DNA from: a virus
Taxonomy: Duplodnaviria; Caudoviricetes
Strand: one strand, 5' to 3'
DNA: 64,000 nt
Virus record (IMG/VR): IMGVR_UViG_3300049198_000021
Location: 64,001 to 128,000 of that record
This document shows, piece by piece, positions 1-9,464 of the stretch. Under the pieces are notes generated by a model. The model did not search any database, was not told the origin of the DNA, and saw only the letters and a list, made by a program, of their open reading frames with translations. The translations under genes and the position numbers were made by a program. Numbering within the stretch: the stretch's first letter is position 1; each line of letters starts with the position of its first letter.

Positions 1-229
1 CCCCATAATCTGTCCACCAAACCGTTCCTTCATCCGCCGGGATACCAGCAGCAGGGCCGTGACCGACCGCGCACGCGATCGTGCCGCAGGAGCCGGCGAG
101 AGGGGCTTGGTTAATGAAGAAGTGAGCGCGATCAACGGACTGCATATAGGCACTCATCCCGAAGTGCCGATAATCAGCCGGCAAGCCTTCAAGGTAGGTG
201 GCGAGCTTGTCGAGGTTGGTCCGGTTCAT
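1..229 (-). CDS. Hypothetical protein, 3' end outside the window; tandem paralogue of 226..645
   Basis: Manual translation MNRTNLDKLATYLEGLPADYRHFGM...SCGTIACAVGHGPAAGIPA...WWTDYG aligns with 226..645; ATGA overlap. Confidence 0.85.
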   Translation of the reverse strand, partial: MNRTNLDKLATYLEGLPADYRHFGMSAYMQSVDRAHFFINQAPLAGSCGTIACAVGHGPAAGIPADEGTVWWTDYG

Positions 230-645
230 GCTGCTTCTTCCTGTGCGAACAGATAGGGCGCGTCACCATACATTTGATATTCCGCGTCTTCCGGAAGTCC
301 GTGATCCAGCAGATAACGAATGCGCTTGGCAGCCCCGTGCGGGGTGTTGTCCACGTTCACCCACAAACCAGCGAAGCACCAATCGTTCTCGCAGCCTTTC
401 AGTTCGAACACGCGGCGGGCATAATCAGTCCACCACTCTTCTTCCAGCTTAGCTGGAATACCAGCCGCCGGTCCGTGTCCAACGGCGCAAGCAACCGTGC
501 CACAGGCCCCGGCGAACGGCGCACCGCTGGCGTAGTTGAACAGACGGTCATCCTTCATGACGTAGACGTTCATGTTGAAGTGCTGATAGTCAGCCGGGAG
601 CCCTTCGAGGTAGGCGGCGAGGGTTTCGAGGTTGTCACGATTCAT
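226..645 (-). CDS. Hypothetical protein with CGTxACxxGH motif
   Basis: 139-aa ORF with an AGGAG RBS; paralogue downstream. Confidence 0.8.
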   Translation of the reverse strand: MNRDNLETLAAYLEGLPADYQHFNMNVYVMKDDRLFNYASGAPFAGACGTVACAVGHGPAAGIPAKLEEEWWTDYARRVFELKGCENDWCFAGLWVNVDNTPHGAAKRIRYLLDHGLPEDAEYQMYGDAPYLFAQEEAA

Positions 646-702
646 GGCTGTCTCCTGTTGCTGTGTCAGAATGGCGTAGGATGATTCTTCCGGGTCGTCA
701 AT

Positions 703-1734
703 CTATAAATCGACCCGTTCACCACGCAGCGTGCGCTCGGTGATATTGAGGGCGTGTTCTTCCGCGCCCCAGATGGAAACGAAGGTGGCGATCGACAGGG
801 AGAGTTCTCGATTGTCGGACGTATCATCCATGGCGGCCAGCTTGCGGTTGAAGTCCAGCGCCGCTTTCTCCTCAGCCGTGCTGGGCATGAACTCGCCGCC
901 CGCCTGCAAGCGCCCGGCCTTGGCATAGGTCTTCTTGCGATACCCAGCCATGACGGGCTTGTTGTATTTGGGGACATAGAGGTAGAAGGGCCGCTTGATC
1001 GAGGTGTCCACGTTGTTCGGATCGAACATGATGTTGACGTTGGCGGTGCGCGCCACACAGGGCTCGTCCTCTTGCCAGAAGATGCGCTCTTCCTCGTCGG
1101 CTTCATAATAGAGGTTGAGGGCGAAATCCTCTGCTGCCTGCCACGTCGGAAACACCCGGACATCACCGTCGGGATCGCGAATCGGCTCCTTCCATACAAG
1201 GACAGCACATTCACCTTTAGTGTGATTAAAGCGTGCCTGTGTGGGAGCCGCCCCGTTAGCTTTACGCCGCCCTACGGGTGCAGTCTCGCCCGGTAGGGAG
1301 ACGCATTGCCAGACCTGAGCGATCGGATTGGCCCGGATACAGTCGAAATGGGTGATCGCGAAGGGCGGGAGAGCCTTTGGCTTGGGCTTCGGCAGGACGC
1401 GATACTCTTTCGGAAGCTGATCCGGCTGTATGCTGGATGTCGGCGACACAGTGGGCGGGTTGAAGAATGCCTTGTTCTCAGGGTAAGCCTTGAGGTGCTT
1501 GCGAGTCGCACGGATCGCGAGCAGGATGGCTCCTTCCATGGTAGGTGCATAACGCTTGAGCGAGGAACGCAGGCGCTTATGTGCGGCAACCACCCAGCGC
1601 ATAGGGTGATCATCGTCCGGATGGGCCGGACGGACCAAGTGGATACCATCACTCCACACTCGTGCAGGGGTCTTATTGGATAGAGAGCCACGGCCGGCCA
1701 TCACGCGTTCTCCTATATAGGTGCATGATGTCAT
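703..1734 (-). CDS. Hypothetical protein (343 aa; start uncertain)
   Basis: Longest ORF here; same strand as neighbours. Confidence 0.65.
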   Translation of the reverse strand: MTSCTYIGERVMAGRGSLSNKTPARVWSDGIHLVRPAHPDDDHPMRWVVAAHKRLRSSLKRYAPTMEGAILLAIRATRKHLKAYPENKAFFNPPTVSPTSSIQPDQLPKEYRVLPKPKPKALPPFAITHFDCIRANPIAQVWQCVSLPGETAPVGRRKANGAAPTQARFNHTKGECAVLVWKEPIRDPDGDVRVFPTWQAAEDFALNLYYEADEEERIFWQEDEPCVARTANVNIMFDPNNVDTSIKRPFYLYVPKYNKPVMAGYRKKTYAKAGRLQAGGEFMPSTAEEKAALDFNRKLAAMDDTSDNRELSLSIATFVSIWGAEEHALNITERTLRGERVDL

Positions 1735-1844
1735 TATGCCGAGACGACCGACGAGTCAAGATGGCGATGGGATGCTATCGCATTGCTCCGCAGAAAACAT
1801 CAAAAAGTGTCGATAAAAGAAAATGCCGATATATCAAGATGGTA

Positions 1845-2010
1845 GTGATGTCGTGATGCCTTTTTGCGTTTTAACAAGGAAATGTGATGTGAAATAGGCG
1901 TCATGGAAATGGACCGAGGCGTGAAATCGTTGGGTTGTCGTGATGGGCGTGATGCAGAGGACGTGATGGCGTGATGGAAGAGGGTGTGATGGTGAGTTGG
2001 GCGTGATGAG
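1845..2010. repeat. Cluster of about 10 (C)GTGATG repeats (CATCAC(G) on the minus strand)
   Basis: gtcgtgatgggcgtgatgcagaggacgtgatggcgtgatgg...gggcgtgatg in a non-coding divergent region. Confidence 0.75.
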
Positions 2011-2356
2011 GGTGTGTTTGGGGTCGTTTTTTACATCGATTTCTTTTTGTCGAAAATAACATTCCTTAATGTTCTCAACAGTTTGTCGCGATCCTGATTT
2101 TTAGCAATAGTTTCTCCAAAATCCCCCGGTGAATCGGCGGTGTCTGGCGGAGCCTCTGTCTGGGCTGTCAGTCCGGTGGTGTGTTCTCCTGTTTATCTAT
2201 TTTATTTATTAAAAGTATATAATATACATACACAGGGGGCTTGACCGGCTGAGACCCGCAGAGATCAGCCGTTTTTGAGCAATTCGACTTTCCGAGATAT
2301 TTCTCAAACTTTTTCGAACCTCAATGTTTTCAACACCTTATTCAATCTGTCCCGAT

Positions 2357-2400
2357 CACCGACATTCTGGCTTGACACCGCGCTCATTCTGACTGATCAT
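2357..2400 (+). promoter_or_regulatory. Promoter with CACCGMCATTHT motif starting 15 bp before TTGAC
   Basis: caccgacattct 2357-2368, TTGACA at 2372. Confidence 0.6.
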
Positions 2401-2431
2401 TGGGCTTCAAAACGAGCCAAGGAGTCGCTCA

Positions 2432-2779
2432 ATGACGCTTACTGGATACCGGCTGGCCGGCACCGCCAAGACTGCCCCGCCAGACTACATTCCCTCACTG
2501 ATCGGGATCGATCCTCAACAGGTAGGTCCGGCCGCTACCGATACCTACTTCGAGCAGATCAGCCTCCCCGCCACCGCCATTAACCTTAACACCGCCGCGT
2601 TAACGCGCTGGGTGTCCTACGACAGTTTGCCGCTGGATCACCGGGACCCAATCGTCGCAGTAAAGGGGGTGGGTGCTGACTTCTACATCCCACTGAGCGA
2701 ACTGGTGGAGATGACCGAGCAATACGGCACCCCGTCTGGTAAGCTGATCGTCGATGGGCTCTTGAAGCTGGTGCGCTGA
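2432..2779 (+). CDS. Hypothetical protein
   Basis: AAGGAG RBS; stop overlaps next start. Confidence 0.75.
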   Translation: MTLTGYRLAGTAKTAPPDYIPSLIGIDPQQVGPAATDTYFEQISLPATAINLNTAALTRWVSYDSLPLDHRDPIVAVKGVGADFYIPLSELVEMTEQYGTPSGKLIVDGLLKLVR

Positions 2780-3108
2780 TGGAGACGCTTTCCATCACTG
2801 ACCTGATCCGGATCGCGAACGAGGCCCAAGTCCTCCAGCGTATGTCGATCGATCGAACAACGCGGGTGGTGGTGGATCACATCCCAGCACGCTCCAGCAT
2901 GTCGATCGCTCGCGAACCGGGCGAGGATGATAAACTGGAAGCTTACGTCCCAGAAGTCATCACCATCACATACACCTTGGCGGATGCGATGTTCGGGGGT
3001 TCGATCTACGTCGCCCTGACATGCGGCAACCGCGTTATCGTCCACCCCTTCCTCTGGAGCGGTTATGAACACCTCGGCACCGTCAGCATCGCCATCTCGC
3101 AACATTAA
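2779..3108 (+). CDS. Hypothetical protein
   Basis: TGATG coupling; 109 aa. Confidence 0.7.
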   Translation: METLSITDLIRIANEAQVLQRMSIDRTTRVVVDHIPARSSMSIAREPGEDDKLEAYVPEVITITYTLADAMFGGSIYVALTCGNRVIVHPFLWSGYEHLGTVSIAISQH

Positions 3109-3442
3109 GATCGAAACCGAACGAACGGCCCTCCGCCAATTGTTCTGGAAGGAAGATGTCATGGCCCTAATGCGGGCCGGGAACTACGACACTTTCCAGA
3201 TCAACATCCCGCACAGCATGTCGGCACAGGAACTCATGGAGATGGTCTTCGGCTCTGGGCCGATCGAACGTCTCCCCGACGATCATGTCACCTTCATGCT
3301 CTCGACGTTCAACATCGGCGATGAGATGTGGGGCGGGATCGCGGCTGGTCTCAACTTCGACGCACCTCTGCGGATCATCGAACCGTTTCACATACCTGAT
3401 CGGACCGTCGCTGGTATCCCGCTCTTCAAGGAAGAACTCTGA
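3065..3442 (+). CDS. Hypothetical protein (start uncertain)
   Basis: Fills the operon between neighbours. Confidence 0.6.
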   Translation: MNTSAPSASPSRNIKIETERTALRQLFWKEDVMALMRAGNYDTFQINIPHSMSAQELMEMVFGSGPIERLPDDHVTFMLSTFNIGDEMWGGIAAGLNFDAPLRIIEPFHIPDRTVAGIPLFKEEL

Positions 3443-3829
3443 ATGTTCTCATTCCCGGTGACCGTCCCGGTCCGCAAAAACGAATCGATCTTCCCCATCA
3501 TCGTCAGTGTGAATTGCGATGATGTGCTGGTTGTCAAGCCCCTACTTGACAAAGAACCACCTTTTGGTGTAGAGTCTGCTTCTTCTGACATGATACCCCT
3601 CACGGAGATATTGTTTCAGGACGGGCGGAAGCTGCCTGTCTTGGAAAATCACGAAATCATCTGTGGCTATCTCGACGCTTACCTTGCGCTCGAAGAGTTC
3701 TACACCGACCCTATGTTCGTTTGCGAAGAGGAAGTGGTGGAGGATATGGCCGACAGAGGGGATAATGTCGTTCCTCTGTTCGGCTCCAGAAAACCATGCG
3801 ATACATCGGAGGGATCGACCCCGGATTAA
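3443..3829 (+). CDS. Hypothetical protein
   Basis: Abuts upstream stop; AAGGA RBS. Confidence 0.65.
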   Translation: MFSFPVTVPVRKNESIFPIIVSVNCDDVLVVKPLLDKEPPFGVESASSDMIPLTEILFQDGRKLPVLENHEIICGYLDAYLALEEFYTDPMFVCEEEVVEDMADRGDNVVPLFGSRKPCDTSEGSTPD

Positions 3830-4332
3830 CCGGGGCTTTAGCGGTCCTCGACTTCCAAGACTTCCTCCTGCATTTGTGGGACACACCCGTCAACATCACA
3901 AAGGTTGGCGGCAAGCTCCGCAAACGCTGCGACCCGTCCGCTTTCGCGGATGCAATGGCGCACTTCCCCCTCGACTACGCTACAATCGAAAACGTCCAGT
4001 CCCTACCCAGCGACGGTCACGTCGGTGCCTTCACCTTTGGTAAGGTTACCGGGATCGCGATTGGTGTAGCGGCTGGTCTTGACATCCCACTCGCCTCGGT
4101 CGCCCCCGCGAAGTGGAAGATGCAAATGCAGGTGCCGGCCGACAAGAAGGCTGCCAAGCACAGGGCGTCCCAACTCTTCCCTCATTGCACGTCCGGCTGG
4201 TCCCGAGAAATGGACCATGGCCGGGCCGAAGCTGCAATCATCGCGCTCTACACCGCGATCGTCGCCGGGCTCCAGCCCACCCAACCCTTCCAACTTGGTC
4301 TCATCAACGGGACCTTACCTAAACGGAAATAG
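3796..4332 (+). CDS. RuvC-like Holliday junction resolvase
   Basis: N-terminal GIDPGLTGA, IE, FxFG, PxxWK and DHGRAEA motifs of phage RuvC-like nucleases. Confidence 0.85.
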   Translation: MRYIGGIDPGLTGALAVLDFQDFLLHLWDTPVNITKVGGKLRKRCDPSAFADAMAHFPLDYATIENVQSLPSDGHVGAFTFGKVTGIAIGVAAGLDIPLASVAPAKWKMQMQVPADKKAAKHRASQLFPHCTSGWSREMDHGRAEAAIIALYTAIVAGLQPTQPFQLGLINGTLPKRK

Positions 4333-4335
4333 GCC

Positions 4336-4914
4336 ATGTCCCGAAATGAAAGAAACCCCGACAAACCCCAAGGCTATCTGAACAAGAAGCAGGAACTCTT
4401 CTGCAAGTTCATGGCCGAAGGTTGCAACCAACTGGATGCCTACACGAACGCTGGTTACGAACCATCATCGGCCAACGCCTCGACCATGGCGAACAAGCCG
4501 CTGATCAAAGCCCGGATCGAAGAACTGAAACAACAGGCGGAACGCCGCGAGCTTGAGTTTCAGGTCATGCGCCGCGAAGCTGCTGGTGCCCCGGAGAAAC
4601 TGGTGGAGGTCGCTGAGTGGACCATGCAACGCGTCATGGACATGATGGCTGAGAACGTCAAGCTAGCACAGATCGCTGGGGAATACCGAGCAGCCAACGA
4701 AACCTTCAAGATGATGGGCGAAGCCCTCAATATGTTCAACAAGGCAAAAGCAGATGCAGATCAAAGAAACACGTCGGGAGCGAAAAACACGCTTGCTCTC
4801 ATCGAGCAAGTCACTAACGTCTTTACAGAGGCGAGTGGAGGAAGCGATCCATCAGAACACAACGCTCTCCGACCAAGACTGGCACGCGCTGGTAACGCTG
4901 ACGCAATCGACTGA
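4336..4914 (+). CDS. terS: Terminase small subunit
   Basis: LNKKQELFC...N..DAY..AGY...A..P.IKARIEEL HTH motif; directly upstream of the large subunit. Confidence 0.8.
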   Translation: MSRNERNPDKPQGYLNKKQELFCKFMAEGCNQLDAYTNAGYEPSSANASTMANKPLIKARIEELKQQAERRELEFQVMRREAAGAPEKLVEVAEWTMQRVMDMMAENVKLAQIAGEYRAANETFKMMGEALNMFNKAKADADQRNTSGAKNTLALIEQVTNVFTEASGGSDPSEHNALRPRLARAGNADAID

Positions 4915-6487
4915 TCTCGATCTCCAGATCGAACTTCTTGAACAAGTCGTTGAACAGGTCAACGATCTTCTCGAAGAGGTCTGGATCGAACTTGCCCGCG
5001 AAAGCTACCATGACTTCTACGAGTTCATGGAGCGGGAAAATCAGTATGAAATGAGCCCGCACCAGAAGCTGATCGGCGACCTTCTCATGTCGTCGGCCAG
5101 TAAGGAAACCATGCGGTTCATGCTTTCGCTCCCACCGGGCCACTGTAAGTCCACCCATTCGTCCCACTACTTCCCGGCGTGGTGGTTCGGTAAGATCGGG
5201 ACCAAGCAGCGCTTCCTTCAAGCAGGGCACAGTCAGGACTTCGTTGCCAAGGAAATCGGCGCGAAGGTCCGGCAAATAATCCAGTCCGAAGACTACCAAC
5301 GTATCTTCCCCGATGTCGTTATCAAGCACGACATGCGGGCGATGGACTATTGGGCTCTCACAAACGGACGCGGGAAATACGTGGGGAAAGGGGCCGGGCA
5401 GGGTATTTCCGGTTTCCGTGGAAACTACGGCATGGTCGATGACCCCTACAAAAGCCGCAAGGATGCTGAAAGCCCAACAATTCGCGACAGCGTTTTCAAA
5501 TGGTATTCCGATGACTTTTCAACGCGTTTGCTCCCCGGCAGCCCTTTAGGCATTATTATGACGCGGTGGCACTCTGATGACCTTTGCGGACGGATCACCG
5601 AACGCGAGGAAAAAGAGGCTCGCGAAGAGTCAGAAAAGTTGGAAGCATCACTATCGAAACAACTCGTTGAAAAACTTGAGGAACAGCAAGGAAACAACAA
5701 AAAATACCGATTTGAGATCATTAACCTTCCCGCAATTTGTGAAAGTGAAGACGATCCTCTAGGTCGGGCGGTCGGAGAAGCACTTTGGCCTGAGTTATTT
5801 ACGCTCGACGCGCTGGAAAATCTCAAAGCTGACATGACTCCTTCGTCATGGAACTCGCTCTACCAAGGGACCCCTATGGACGTGAGCGGGGGTGCCGTCG
5901 AATCGGCATGGTTCCAGCGCTACGACCGGGCTCCCAGCCGAGGCGACGCCGAGAAGGGATTGAAGAACGAAGTCCGGCGCTGCGTGGTTTCAGTGGACGC
6001 GGCCAACACCGCGAAGGAGCGATCCGACTTCACGGTCATCACGGTCTGGTATGAAGACTTCAACAAACGCCACTATCTGATCGACGTGATCCGGAAACAG
6101 ATGGAATTTACCGAAATGTCGGCCGAGATCGCCCGCGTCTGCAAGCGATACAACGCCGATGCGCTGCTGGTCGAAGCGAAGGGCAACGGCTTGGCCTACT
6201 GCCAGTTGAAGAAGGACGGCGGCGCTCCGGCTCCGCTGATCGCGATCGAAGTCGGTATCTCGACCAAGGAGTTCCGCTTCGACGAAGTGACTCCCATGAT
6301 CGAAGCCGGGTCTGTCTTCCTCCCGAACCAAGCCACATGGCTCGCCGACTACGAGAAGGAACTGGTCGCGTTCCCGAACGGCAAGCGAGATGACCAAGTG
6401 GACAGCACCTCGCAGTATCTGAAATGGGCGCGGCAGAAGGGCCGGCGCGGAACGAAAAAGCTGGGCGGCACCGGAAACCGGCGTTAA
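4754..6487 (+). CDS. terL: Terminase large subunit
   Basis: Walker A variant LPPGHCKS, Walker B MVDDPYK, TRWHSDDLCG, nuclease domain SVDAA...SDFT...FPNGKRDDQVDS. Confidence 0.95.
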   Translation: MQIKETRRERKTRLLSSSKSLTSLQRRVEEAIHQNTTLSDQDWHALVTLTQSTDLDLQIELLEQVVEQVNDLLEEVWIELARESYHDFYEFMERENQYEMSPHQKLIGDLLMSSASKETMRFMLSLPPGHCKSTHSSHYFPAWWFGKIGTKQRFLQAGHSQDFVAKEIGAKVRQIIQSEDYQRIFPDVVIKHDMRAMDYWALTNGRGKYVGKGAGQGISGFRGNYGMVDDPYKSRKDAESPTIRDSVFKWYSDDFSTRLLPGSPLGIIMTRWHSDDLCGRITEREEKEAREESEKLEASLSKQLVEKLEEQQGNNKKYRFEIINLPAICESEDDPLGRAVGEALWPELFTLDALENLKADMTPSSWNSLYQGTPMDVSGGAVESAWFQRYDRAPSRGDAEKGLKNEVRRCVVSVDAANTAKERSDFTVITVWYEDFNKRHYLIDVIRKQMEFTEMSAEIARVCKRYNADALLVEAKGNGLAYCQLKKDGGAPAPLIAIEVGISTKEFRFDEVTPMIEAGSVFLPNQATWLADYEKELVAFPNGKRDDQVDSTSQYLKWARQKGRRGTKKLGGTGNRR

Positions 6488-6676
6488 CCTTAACAAAGGC
6501 CAAATTTGGCCCGTTAACCATATTCGTTAAGGTTAACGGGCCACCTCAGGACCATTAACCATTTCCGTTAAGGTTAACGAAACGAGGATTCCGGCCGTTA
6601 ACCATATTCGTTAAGGTTAACGGATTCCCTCCACGCGTTAACCTTAACAAACTCCACCACTTCGTTAACCTTAACA
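6483..6676. repeat. Dense GTTAAC / GTTAA(GG/CC)TTAAC cluster
   Basis: About six 12-mers plus TTAACCAT copies right after the terL stop. Confidence 0.85.
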
Positions 6677-6721
6677 GGGGACCCATTGCTCCACGGCTCT
6701 GGGTCCCTTCGTTTGCGTCCA

Positions 6722-6785
6722 GCCGGGACCCGAGCCCACAGATCACCGGCCGGGACCCGAGCCCACAGATCACCGGCCGGGACCC
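6722..6785 (+). repeat. 27-bp tandem repeat GCCGGGACCCGAGCCCACAGATCACCG (2 copies plus partial)
   Basis: Units start at 6722 and 6749; further GGGACCC copies to about 6870. Confidence 0.9.
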
Positions 6786-7001
6786 TGACGCTCAGAACAC
6801 AGGCCGGGGTCCCTTTTTCTACGACCTCCGGGACCCTACGCGTCAGGCCATAGGCCGGGGTCTCGATTTACGATTTCCTCCACCCCAGCACCAGCCGCTC
6901 AGACAGCCTTCAAGCCTGTTTGCTCCATATCTTGGGCACTAACCCCGATAAGGCTCAAGATAACGAGCAGTCGGCACCAGCCGAAGCTCACCGATCGCCG
7001 G

Positions 7002-7020
7002 CTCCCATCACGCCCAACTC
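7002..7020 (+). repeat. 19-bp direct repeat CTCCCATCACGCCCAACTC, left copy
   Basis: Identical to 31573-31591. Confidence 0.85.
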
Positions 7021-7504
7021 CCACCACCCCAACCAGACGCCCCGCCGTAGAGCCGGATCGACCACTGACTCTTTTCGCGTTTTTACGATGAACTTTCGCG
7101 TTTTTACCGTGGAGTAAGTCGTTGATATATCTCATGGTAGCATCTAAACTTCCAGTCTACCCGATAAGCAAGTTAACTCAAGCCCTGCCGGCCGAGGTGG
7201 AGCCCGGATCGAGACCCGACAGTATGGATGACGGTCATTTTGACTACCAGCCGCCTAAACTTGCGAAAGAATCGCGTTTTGGAAGATAATTTTCGCCGAA
7301 AATCGGCTATAAATGCCTGAAAATGCTCATTTTTCGTTAAAATGTCGGTGAAAATCGACCGATTCAGCCAAAATGGCGGTGAATCCAAGCCGTTTTAATC
7401 CCGCTCAGCGACATTCTGGCTGATCCAGTGATCACCGAGCCCGGCTAAGCCTGTTGGACGCTCCAGCGGCTCCCAGCTTCGGCTCAGCCATGATCGATCG
7501 ACTT

Positions 7505-7667
7505 TATGGATCGAGGCCATTTTGCTTTCGTATGGATCGAGGCCATTTTATGGATCGATCTCGTTTTATGGATCGAGGTCATTTTGCCTTGCTATGGATC
7601 GAGGTCATTTTGCCGGCCGTATGGATCGAGGCCATTTTGCCCTGCTATGGATCGAGGCCATTTTGCC
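7505..7667 (+). repeat. Seven iteron-like repeats TATGGATCGAGGYCATTTT(GC)
   Basis: Units at about 7505, 7531, 7549, 7568, 7593, 7620 and 7646. Confidence 0.9.
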
Positions 7668-7720
7668 TACGCGGCGCGTGACCCCTCCCGGAGGCCCCTT
7701 CCGCGCCGGTCCCGGTAAGG

Positions 7721-7888
7721 TTAACGGCCCATTAACCTTTCTCCACCAGTAAGGTTAACGAAATCGGTCAATTTGTTAAGGTTAACAGCGCGTTAAGGTT
7801 AACAAACCCCTAATTTACTGCTCGTTAACCTTAACGAATATGGTTAACGGGCCATTAACCATGTTTGTTAACGTTAACGACTCGTTAA
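7721..7888. promoter_or_regulatory. Four TTAA-N7-TTAA sites (CtrA consensus)
   Basis: 7721-7736, 7782-7796, 7844-7859 and 7874-7888. Confidence 0.7.
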
Positions 7889-8058
7889 GGTTAATATGCG
7901 GAGCGATTTCGTTAAGGTTAACAGATTCGGGGCATCCGTTAACGTTAACGAGGTCTCCCCTCCCCGTTAACCATTGATCTGGAAAAAGTGCTTGACCGAA
8001 TCGGTTGCTTCTGCGACTCAGGATGCACGGCGAATCACCGCCGCTTGGAGACGACCTA

Positions 8059-8304
8059 ATGCCTTTGAAACCCGCCGCCGCTCTCAGCAAGGATAAGCTG
8101 GGCGCAAGCCACCCCGCCGCCCTCCAGCACCGGCACTTCGCCGTCATCGCTGGAATCCTCGCCAACCTCGACCGGGACAGCCTCGGCTTGACGCAAGGGC
8201 AGCACCTCAACATCTGCCAAGACTTCGCGTCCGAACTCTCCGGAACAAACCCGAAATTCGACGAGCGTCGATTCATGGTCGCTTGCGGGTTCGCGGCCCC
8301 CTGA
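8059..8304 (+). CDS. Cassette hypothetical protein
   Basis: GGAGA RBS before ATG 8059 (start corrected from track). Confidence 0.8.
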   Translation: MPLKPAAALSKDKLGASHPAALQHRHFAVIAGILANLDRDSLGLTQGQHLNICQDFASELSGTNPKFDERRFMVACGFAAP

Positions 8305-8402
8305 TGGGGTGTCTCGACGCTATCGCCCGGTTCTTTCTGGGCGTCTTTCTGTTGATCCTTGCAACTGGGCTGGCCGCGTGCCAGCCCCTTTTCTTACGGT
8401 AA
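8304..8402 (+). CDS. Micro-lipoprotein, copy 1 (32 aa)
   Basis: MGCLDAIARFFLGVFLLILATGLAACQPLFLR; hydrophobic stretch plus LAAC lipobox; TGATG coupling. Confidence 0.7.
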   Translation: MGCLDAIARFFLGVFLLILATGLAACQPLFLR

Positions 8403-8500
8403 CCAGCCGTTAAGGTTAACGCGGCGGGTAATTCGTTAAGGTTAACGCGGCGGGGTAATTCGTTAAGGTTAACGCGCCGGTTGAAATCGTTAACCATCAA

Positions 8501-8568
8501 AGTGGAAAAGTGCTTGACCGAATCGGTTGGACCACCTAGACCCGAATCACCAACAACGGAGACAGACC
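8501..8568 (+). promoter_or_regulatory. Representative cassette promoter and RBS
   Basis: TTGACC (8514), 17-bp spacer, TAGACC, CGAATCA, ACGGAGACAGACC ATG. Confidence 0.85.
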
Positions 8569-8820
8569 ATGAAACTGCAAGAAATTAGCACCACCGAGGT
8601 GGATGAATCGTGCCTCGACGACGACGGGAAGGTTCCTTACATCGCCTTGCATTGTGCAGCGACGGAAGCTGACGCGGCGTTCGTTATCGCACAAACGACC
8701 GACGGCTACGACGGACGCAGCGATTGGCGCTGGATTCGCCTCCCGAACGGCGATCTGATCCTTGGCGTGTTCCCGCAAGGCGACACCTATCTGCAATTCG
8801 CCGACACCATTGGCATTTAA
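8569..8820 (+). CDS. Cassette hypothetical protein
   Basis: Consensus RBS. Confidence 0.8.
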   Translation: MKLQEISTTEVDESCLDDDGKVPYIALHCAATEADAAFVIAQTTDGYDGRSDWRWIRLPNGDLILGVFPQGDTYLQFADTIGI

Positions 8821-8834
8821 GGGGAGGCAAGTAA

Positions 8835-9203
8835 ATGAACCGCTATTTTTACGACCCGGCGACCGCCTCGTGGGGCTCGGCTGACGACCTCGAAATCTTC
8901 GAACTCGACGACCAGAACATGGACGCCGACGAAATCGAACAGGCGCTGTGCGACGCCTCGCACGTCGGGGCCGGGCTCGGCCTGAAATACCTGCTCGACC
9001 GCCGGGCCAAGAATGAGCCCTACCGCCGGGAGAACATCGGGATTCGCGCCGTGAAGGACAACGGCAAGACCGAATGGGAAGTGGTGGAGGACGACGCCGA
9101 CGCCGACGCCTTCGAACTTTACCGGCATGACACCGGGACGCTTGTCGAAGTTTGCGCCACCCGCGAAGACGCTACCGAATACTGGGAAGCGATCACCACC
9201 TAA
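8835..9203 (+). CDS. Acidic hypothetical protein
   Basis: GGAGG RBS; followed by a terminator. Confidence 0.8.
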   Translation: MNRYFYDPATASWGSADDLEIFELDDQNMDADEIEQALCDASHVGAGLGLKYLLDRRAKNEPYRRENIGIRAVKDNGKTEWEVVEDDADADAFELYRHDTGTLVEVCATREDATEYWEAITT

Positions 9204-9208
9204 GGATT

Positions 9209-9234
9209 GGCGGGCTTCGGCCCGCCTTTCTTTT
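9209..9234 (+). terminator. Representative intrinsic terminator; similar hairpins close most cassettes
   Basis: GGCGGGC TTCG GCCCGCC TTTCTTTT. Confidence 0.85.
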
Positions 9235-9349
9235 ACCGGTAACTATTCGTTAAGGTTAACAGATTGGCTTTAGACGTTAACCATTAAAGTGGAAAAATTA
9301 GTCGAAATAGTGCTTGACCGAATCAGCGAATCATCCTAGACCAAATATC

Positions 9350-9445
9350 GGAATGACCCCTCCGGCGGGCCGCTCGATGACGGGGCGGATGGGGAGGAGG
9401 CGATGGGATAATCCGAAAGGATGAAGCCCACGTTAGCCCGCCAAA
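9350..9445 (+). ncRNA. Candidate structured, possibly pseudoknotted 5' leader RNA
   Basis: Pairings 9357-63/9387-94 and 9364-70/9436-42; GAAA hairpin 9411-22. Confidence 0.4.
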
Positions 9446-9464
9446 TTGTAACAGGAGACAGACC

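Noticed and set aside
7454-7752. Three overlapping ORFs with MDRGHF / YGSR / WIEAIL repeats
   Set aside because: Artefacts of a DNA tandem repeat open in all frames; no RBS.
9395-9432. Fluoride or c-di-GMP riboswitch
   Set aside because: GGCGATGG is present but the pairing partner and other conserved cores are missing.
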